From contig JAUYJZ010000014.1 in assembly GCA_030698465.1 (NCBI GenBank), forward strand, positions 1 through 41,646: 41,646 nucleotides of DNA, read 5' to 3'. The first letter of the stretch is position 1. Every line of letters begins with the position of its first letter. Below are positions 37,704 through 41,646 of this stretch, piece by piece. Both the position numbers and the translations under genes were made by a program. The DNA comes from a bacterium. Its GTDB lineage: Bacteria; Patescibacteriota; Minisyncoccia; Minisyncoccales; UBA10102. The notes under the pieces are model-generated. The model worked only from the letters and a program-made list of their open reading frames with translations, made no database searches and was not told where the DNA came from.

Positions 37704-38435
37704 ATGCAAAGTTCAAAGGGCATTGAAAATCTGCATTCGCAGATTTTGGGTTTCCCCCGTGTCGGAAATTATTCAAAACCGAGGGTTTTGAAAAGAAGGG
37801 GGGTCGGGGGAAACCCTGTGATCGTGGCTGGAGTAGACGAGGCGGGACGAGGCCCCTTGGCGGGTCCCGTGGTTGCCTGCGCCCTAGTTATCTTAACTAA
37901 GCGCGCGATGCCGAATCGAGAATCAAGAGCTTTTAAGTCTCACCCGGGAATACTCAAGGATTCAAAGCAGCTTACCCCAAAACAGAGAGAAGAATGGTAC
38001 CGCTTTTTTCTGCATAATCCTAATATTCAATGGGGGATTGGAAGGGTATCAGAGCGAGTCATTGACCGCATAAACATTTATCAAGCGACCCGTCTTGCCA
38101 TGGAACGTGCGGTCTGGAATCTTTCAAAAAAAGTTGCTCTCAATTTTCTGTTTATTGATGGAAATATGCGTATTACAACCTCTATTCCTCAAAAAGCCGT
38201 GGTGCGAGGGGATGAAAAGATTCAGCTTTGCTCAGCAGCCTCCATCGTTGCCAAGGTCACCCGAGATCATATAATGATGCGCTACCACAAGCAATATCCT
38301 CGATACGGCTTTGACAGGCACAAGGGATACGGCACGGTACTTCATCTGGCACGATTAAAAAAATACGGACCTTGTTCAATCCATCGAAAGACCTTTTCTC
38401 CCATCAATACCTTAGCCAGTCTAAGGAATCCTTAG
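37704..38435 (+). CDS. rnhB: Ribonuclease HII (start 37704 or GTG at 37818)
   Basis: AGVDEAGRGPLAGPVV..DSKQL..FIDG..GD..SAASIVAKVTRD..HKGYGT..IHRKTF. Confidence 0.95.
   Translation: MQSSKGIENLHSQILGFPRVGNYSKPRVLKRRGVGGNPVIVAGVDEAGRGPLAGPVVACALVILTKRAMPNRESRAFKSHPGILKDSKQLTPKQREEWYRFFLHNPNIQWGIGRVSERVIDRINIYQATRLAMERAVWNLSKKVALNFLFIDGNMRITTSIPQKAVVRGDEKIQLCSAASIVAKVTRDHIMMRYHKQYPRYGFDRHKGYGTVLHLARLKKYGPCSIHRKTFSPINTLASLRNP
37726..37823 (+). repeat. Palindromic dispersed repeat, family 2, copy 3, in frame in the rnhB 5' region
   Basis: AAAATCTGC-ATTC-GCAGATTTT-GGGTTTCCCCCGTGTCGG..GGGGTCGGGGGAAACCC-TGTGATC. Confidence 0.85.
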
Positions 38436-38448
38436 CCTGGCTAAGGAT
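38410..38448. repeat. Tandem CCTTAG..CTAAGG palindromes over the rnhB stop
   Basis: CCTTAGCCAGTCTAAGG-AAT-CCTTAGCCTGGCTAAGG. Confidence 0.55.
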
Positions 38449-38488
38449 CTCTTGCAGGAGTGAGGGTTTTCTGCTAGGGTAGGATATT

Positions 38489-38776
38489 ATGGCGGTACCA
38501 AAACAGCATCGCTCCAAGAGTCGTCAAGGCCAAAGGAGAATGCATATCTATTTAAAAGGAACTTTAACGATACCTTGCCCAAAATGCGGCAAGGCGACTT
38601 TGGGGCACACAATGTGTGAAAGTTGTGGATTCTATCGCAAAAGAGAAGTCATAGATGTTCTCGGCAAATTAACCAAGAAAGAACGAAAGGCAAAAGAAAA
38701 GGAAATGGCCTCCCAGCAGGGAAGCAAGCCACGGGGGGAGCTTTCACCAGAAGAACTTTCGAGGCCCACAAGGTAA
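38489..38776 (+). CDS. rpmF: 50S ribosomal protein L32 with C-terminal extension
   Basis: MAVPKQHRSKSR..RRMH..CPKCG..H.MCESCGFY. Confidence 0.95.
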   Translation: MAVPKQHRSKSRQGQRRMHIYLKGTLTIPCPKCGKATLGHTMCESCGFYRKREVIDVLGKLTKKERKAKEKEMASQQGSKPRGELSPEELSRPTR

Positions 38777-38782
38777 CCCTCT

Positions 38783-39208
38783 ATGGCATCCCGGCACCTA
38801 TCCCGTTCCATTGCTATGCAAACCCTATATGAGTGGGACTTTTCAGGCCAAAAAGGTGATATTTCATCTCTTGCGGAAAAGAATATTAAAGAGTTTGGCC
38901 CGGGTTTGGAAGATGTAAACAAGGACTTTATCCGAACACTGGTTACAGGAGTATTAAGACACCGCACCTCCATTGACCAGATTATCGTAAAAGCGGCCCC
39001 AGAATGGCCCTTGGACCAAATTACCATGGTGGACCGCAATGTCCTGCGTCTAGGACTCTTTGAGCTTTTATACGGCAATAAGGAAGAGGTTCCACCCAAG
39101 GTTGCCATTAACGAGGCCATTGAACTGGCAAAGAACTTTTCCGGGGAATCTTCCGGCAAGTTCGTGAACGGGGTATTGGGAACGGTATTTCGAGAATTAG
39201 AAACATAG
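38783..39208 (+). CDS. nusB: Transcription antitermination factor NusB
   Basis: [41 protein letters not shown]. Confidence 0.97.
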   Translation: MASRHLSRSIAMQTLYEWDFSGQKGDISSLAEKNIKEFGPGLEDVNKDFIRTLVTGVLRHRTSIDQIIVKAAPEWPLDQITMVDRNVLRLGLFELLYGNKEEVPPKVAINEAIELAKNFSGESSGKFVNGVLGTVFRELET

Positions 39209-39221
39209 GAAACGAAATGAA

Positions 39222-39356
39222 CCCCGTACTGAAAATTAGACCGTGCTGTTTCTCGCCAAAACACATCATTTAATCCATTATGAAGTCATCAAACCAAACA
39301 CCAACAATGGTCGCATATGTCGCACGTCAAGAGAAGTCTAATTTCTAGTACCGGGA
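39222..39356. mobile_element. MITE-like family-1 element with TGAA target duplication at the rnc start codon
   Basis: TGAA|CCCCGTACTGAAAATTAGAC ... GTCTAATTTCTAGTACCGGGA|TGAA (imperfect ~20-bp IR). Confidence 0.7.
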
Positions 39357-40054
39357 TGAACGACATTGAAGAGTTTGAAAAAGAAACCGACATTGTTTTT
39401 AAAAACAAAGACCTCTTAAAGCAAGCATTCACCCATCGCTCTTATTTAAACGAGAATCCGGGCTTTGATCTCCAGCATAACGAGCGCATGGAATTTTTAG
39501 GAGACGCGGTATTAGAACTTGTGGTGACCGAGTACCTCTACGAGCAGCATCCCGACAAACCAGAAGGGGAACTGACCACCTGGAGAGCCGCCCTGGTAAA
39601 CGCCAGAATGCTGGCGATTGTGGCAAAAGATTTGCAGCTTGGAGATTATTTACTCTTGTCGAAAGGTGAAACAAGGGAAACTGGTAAGGCAAGAGACTAC
39701 ATCTTAGCTAACGCTACAGAAGCCCTTATCGGAGCTCTCTACCTTGACCAAGGGTTAAAAATATGTCACAAGGTTATTGAGCGATACATCCTAAGCAAAC
39801 TGCCAGAGATTTTAAAGGAGAAACTCTTTGAAGATGCCAAGTCCCGTTTCCAGGAGCTTGCCCAAGAAAAGACCGGTATTACTCCAAACTACCAGGTATT
39901 GGCAGAATGGGGTCCAGATCACGAAAAACACTTTAGGATGGCAGTCCTTGTGGGGAAAGACGTGATGGCAGAAGGAGAAGGAACTTCAAAACAAGAGGCA
40001 GAACAGGATGCGGCAAGAGCTGCATTAGAAAAACATGAAAAAAATTGGGGTTGA
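39356..40054 (+). CDS. rnc: Ribonuclease III
   Basis: AFTHRSY..NERMEFLGDAVLE..EALIGALYLD; dsRBD AKSRFQE..GTSKQEAEQDAA. Confidence 0.98.
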   Translation: MNDIEEFEKETDIVFKNKDLLKQAFTHRSYLNENPGFDLQHNERMEFLGDAVLELVVTEYLYEQHPDKPEGELTTWRAALVNARMLAIVAKDLQLGDYLLLSKGETRETGKARDYILANATEALIGALYLDQGLKICHKVIERYILSKLPEILKEKLFEDAKSRFQELAQEKTGITPNYQVLAEWGPDHEKHFRMAVLVGKDVMAEGEGTSKQEAEQDAARAALEKHEKNWG

Positions 40055-40124
40055 AGCAAACTGCTTTGCTTCAACAGGCACTTTAGGCGAAGCTCCTGCG
40101 GAGCCGTAAAAAAGTGCCCCGGGC
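40050..40124 (+). repeat. CTGC-loop hairpin element (family 3)
   Basis: GTTGAAGCAAA-CTGC-TTTGCTTCAAC, then GGCACTTT..AAAGTGCC hairpin, CCGGGC. Confidence 0.55.
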
Positions 40125-40153
40125 TCAAATTAAAATATTTATAATCTAGAACT

Positions 40154-40597
40154 ATGCTAACCATACGACTACAACGAAAAGGAAAAAAGAACCAGCCATT
40201 CTTTAAGATAATAGTGACAGAAGAGAAAAGATCCTCCACAGGAGGCCGCTTTGTAGAAGAGTTGGGATTCTACAACCCTCTCACCAAGGAAAGATCTCTG
40301 AAAGGGGATAGGGCAAAATACTGGATGTCTGTTGGAGCAAAACCCTCAGATACCGTATACAACATGCTGGTAACAGAGAGTATAATTGAAGGAAAGAAAC
40401 GCCCCCAGCACAAGAAATCCAAGAAAAAGCAGCTCATCGAGCCTGAACGGCCTGAGGCAGAAGCTGCTCCTCAGCCAAAGGCTGATCAGCCTCCGGCTGA
40501 AGCTCCTGTAGCTGAAACTCCACCTCCCATAGCTCTTAACGAACCAAAGAAAGAGACTACCGAGGGTATTGACCCTTCACCTCTCCAAGGGAGGTGA
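40154..40597 (+). CDS. rpsP: 30S ribosomal protein S16 with long Pro/Ala/Glu tail
   Basis: MLTIRLQRKGKKNQPFFKIIV..ELGFYNP..YWMSVGAKPSDTV. Confidence 0.96.
   Translation: MLTIRLQRKGKKNQPFFKIIVTEEKRSSTGGRFVEELGFYNPLTKERSLKGDRAKYWMSVGAKPSDTVYNMLVTESIIEGKKRPQHKKSKKKQLIEPERPEAEAAPQPKADQPPAEAPVAETPPPIALNEPKKETTEGIDPSPLQGR
40471..40500. repeat. In-frame tandem 15-bp palindromes in the rpsP tail
   Basis: TCAGCCAAAGGCTGA-TCAGCCTCCGGCTGA. Confidence 0.65.
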
Positions 40598-40601
40598 AGG
40601 G

Positions 40602-40630
40602 TTGACAAATCCTAAGTTCTATGCTATACT
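40602..40630 (+). promoter_or_regulatory. Sigma70 promoter
   Basis: TTGACA-17 bp-TATACT with TG extension. Confidence 0.7.
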
Positions 40631-40648
40631 ACTACCATACAATGAAAT

Positions 40649-41008
40649 ATGGCTGTCAGTATAGGAGAGGTACTGACTTTTAAACGAAGACAATCTGAAT
40701 TAACAGGCAGCTCTCTTCATAAAGGAGGGCTGCCTGTTCGTTTAGACGAACAAGTACCTATAAGTCCTGACCGATATGGCAGGCTTGGACAGGAGATCTT
40801 TGAGATGCATAAGAATCAGATTGGGGCACGGCATGTAGCAAAGGCGCGGGGCTTAATGCCTCGCAATGGCGAAAAGATACTTTCTGACGGAAGTATCATC
40901 ACCAACACACAGATCCTGTACGACAGAGAACAGGGCATAGTGGAAGGAACCGCCAAGAACGGTACTTTCTTTCAAATTGCCGTCCCGCTCTCAGCCATAG
41001 GTCTCTAG
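40649..41008 (+). CDS. Hypothetical protein
   Basis: 119-aa ORF downstream of a consensus promoter; no recognised motif. Confidence 0.55.
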   Translation: MAVSIGEVLTFKRRQSELTGSSLHKGGLPVRLDEQVPISPDRYGRLGQEIFEMHKNQIGARHVAKARGLMPRNGEKILSDGSIITNTQILYDREQGIVEGTAKNGTFFQIAVPLSAIGL

Positions 41009-41114
41009 AGGACCAGAGGGGTGAGCTTGCTCAAACATCTGTCAAGCAAGCTCACCCTTCCATTAAGTCCATAATACGATGCAACTTTATATCGTGGACT
41101 GAAAGGAGGAAAAA

Positions 41115-41351
41115 GTGAATAACCCCTTGTCCTTTCAAATCCTCTTGCAGCAATTGCGAGATGAGAATCCAATTACCGTGGAGATAAATCGTGGTTTTTC
41201 AAGGACTCTGTTCTATGAAAACAACAAATACTATGAGCAAACCCCCGGAGGAAGAAAGGAAATCTCTCTGGAGGAAGCTCAAGGATATCTCCGCGTCATG
41301 ATAGCTCGCTGGCGTCGAGAACAACGCCAGCGTCAAAGGGAGAAGAAGTGA
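41115..41351 (+). CDS. Small hypothetical protein
   Basis: 78-aa ORF, GTG start with AAGGAGG, basic C-terminus. Confidence 0.55.
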   Translation: MNNPLSFQILLQQLRDENPITVEINRGFSRTLFYENNKYYEQTPGGRKEISLEEAQGYLRVMIARWRREQRQRQREKK

Positions 41352-41646
41352 GTTAGACTATTTCAACGACTCCTTCTTCTCCTATCTCTTAAGCTCAAAA
41401 CATTGTTGTGAGTTTAAGAGATTAAAAGTACCTTGAAAACCTAATCAGTACAATAACCTAACAATTGTTAGAAAATTGTACTGATTTTCCATGGCGGCGA
41501 AATGGACATTAGCCAGAAACACTCAGAACGAATGAAAGATTTGGAGTGAAAGACAAGTGTTAGTGTTCATCTCGCCGCTTCGGAAATAGAGTTCAGAGGT
41601 GCTCTTGCAAAAGATAGAATCTCTCCCTTGCCCGCCATAGCTTTAG

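Noticed and set aside
37584..37823. Possible CRISPR array from two nearby repeats
   Set aside because: Units are about 95 bp, only two are adjacent, other copies are dispersed, and no cas genes are present
38632..39264. 210-aa antisense ORF
   Set aside because: Shadow of rpmF and nusB
1..41646. Alternative genetic code (TGA as Gly)
   Set aside because: Conserved genes such as dnaE, rplK, rplQ and rnc end at TGA at the expected lengths

Overview
A 41.6 kb bacterial chromosomal window in genetic code 11. The gene set and short intergenic spaces resemble Patescibacteria/CPR (Parcubacteria-like); this assignment is an inference. Core content: the end of the alpha ribosomal-protein cluster (infA-rpmJ-rpsM-rpsK-rpsD-rpoA-rplQ-rplM-rpsI), murA, two mreB paralogues, holB, frr, rseP, proS, gatCA, gatB, pyrE-like, pyrB, a single-chain PheRS, gyrB, secE-nusG-rplK, a dTMP cluster, miaA, thrS, dnaE, rnhB, rpmF, nusB, rnc and rpsP. 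There are three tRNAs, one split by a 243-nt group I intron and followed directly by an HTH/LAGLIDADG-like gene. The most striking feature is in the intergenic DNA. A 289-bp element is filled end to end by an 86-aa GIY-YIG nuclease gene, bounded by 14-bp terminal inverted repeats (CCCC...GGGG) and a 4-bp TGAA target duplication. At least three gene-less 78-135 bp elements share this architecture and sit in start or stop codons without breaking the genes. Two more dispersed hairpin families with compensatory changes occur, one nested in the other and one copy apparently translated inside RNase HII. All calls come from reading the sequence by eye; no searches were run.
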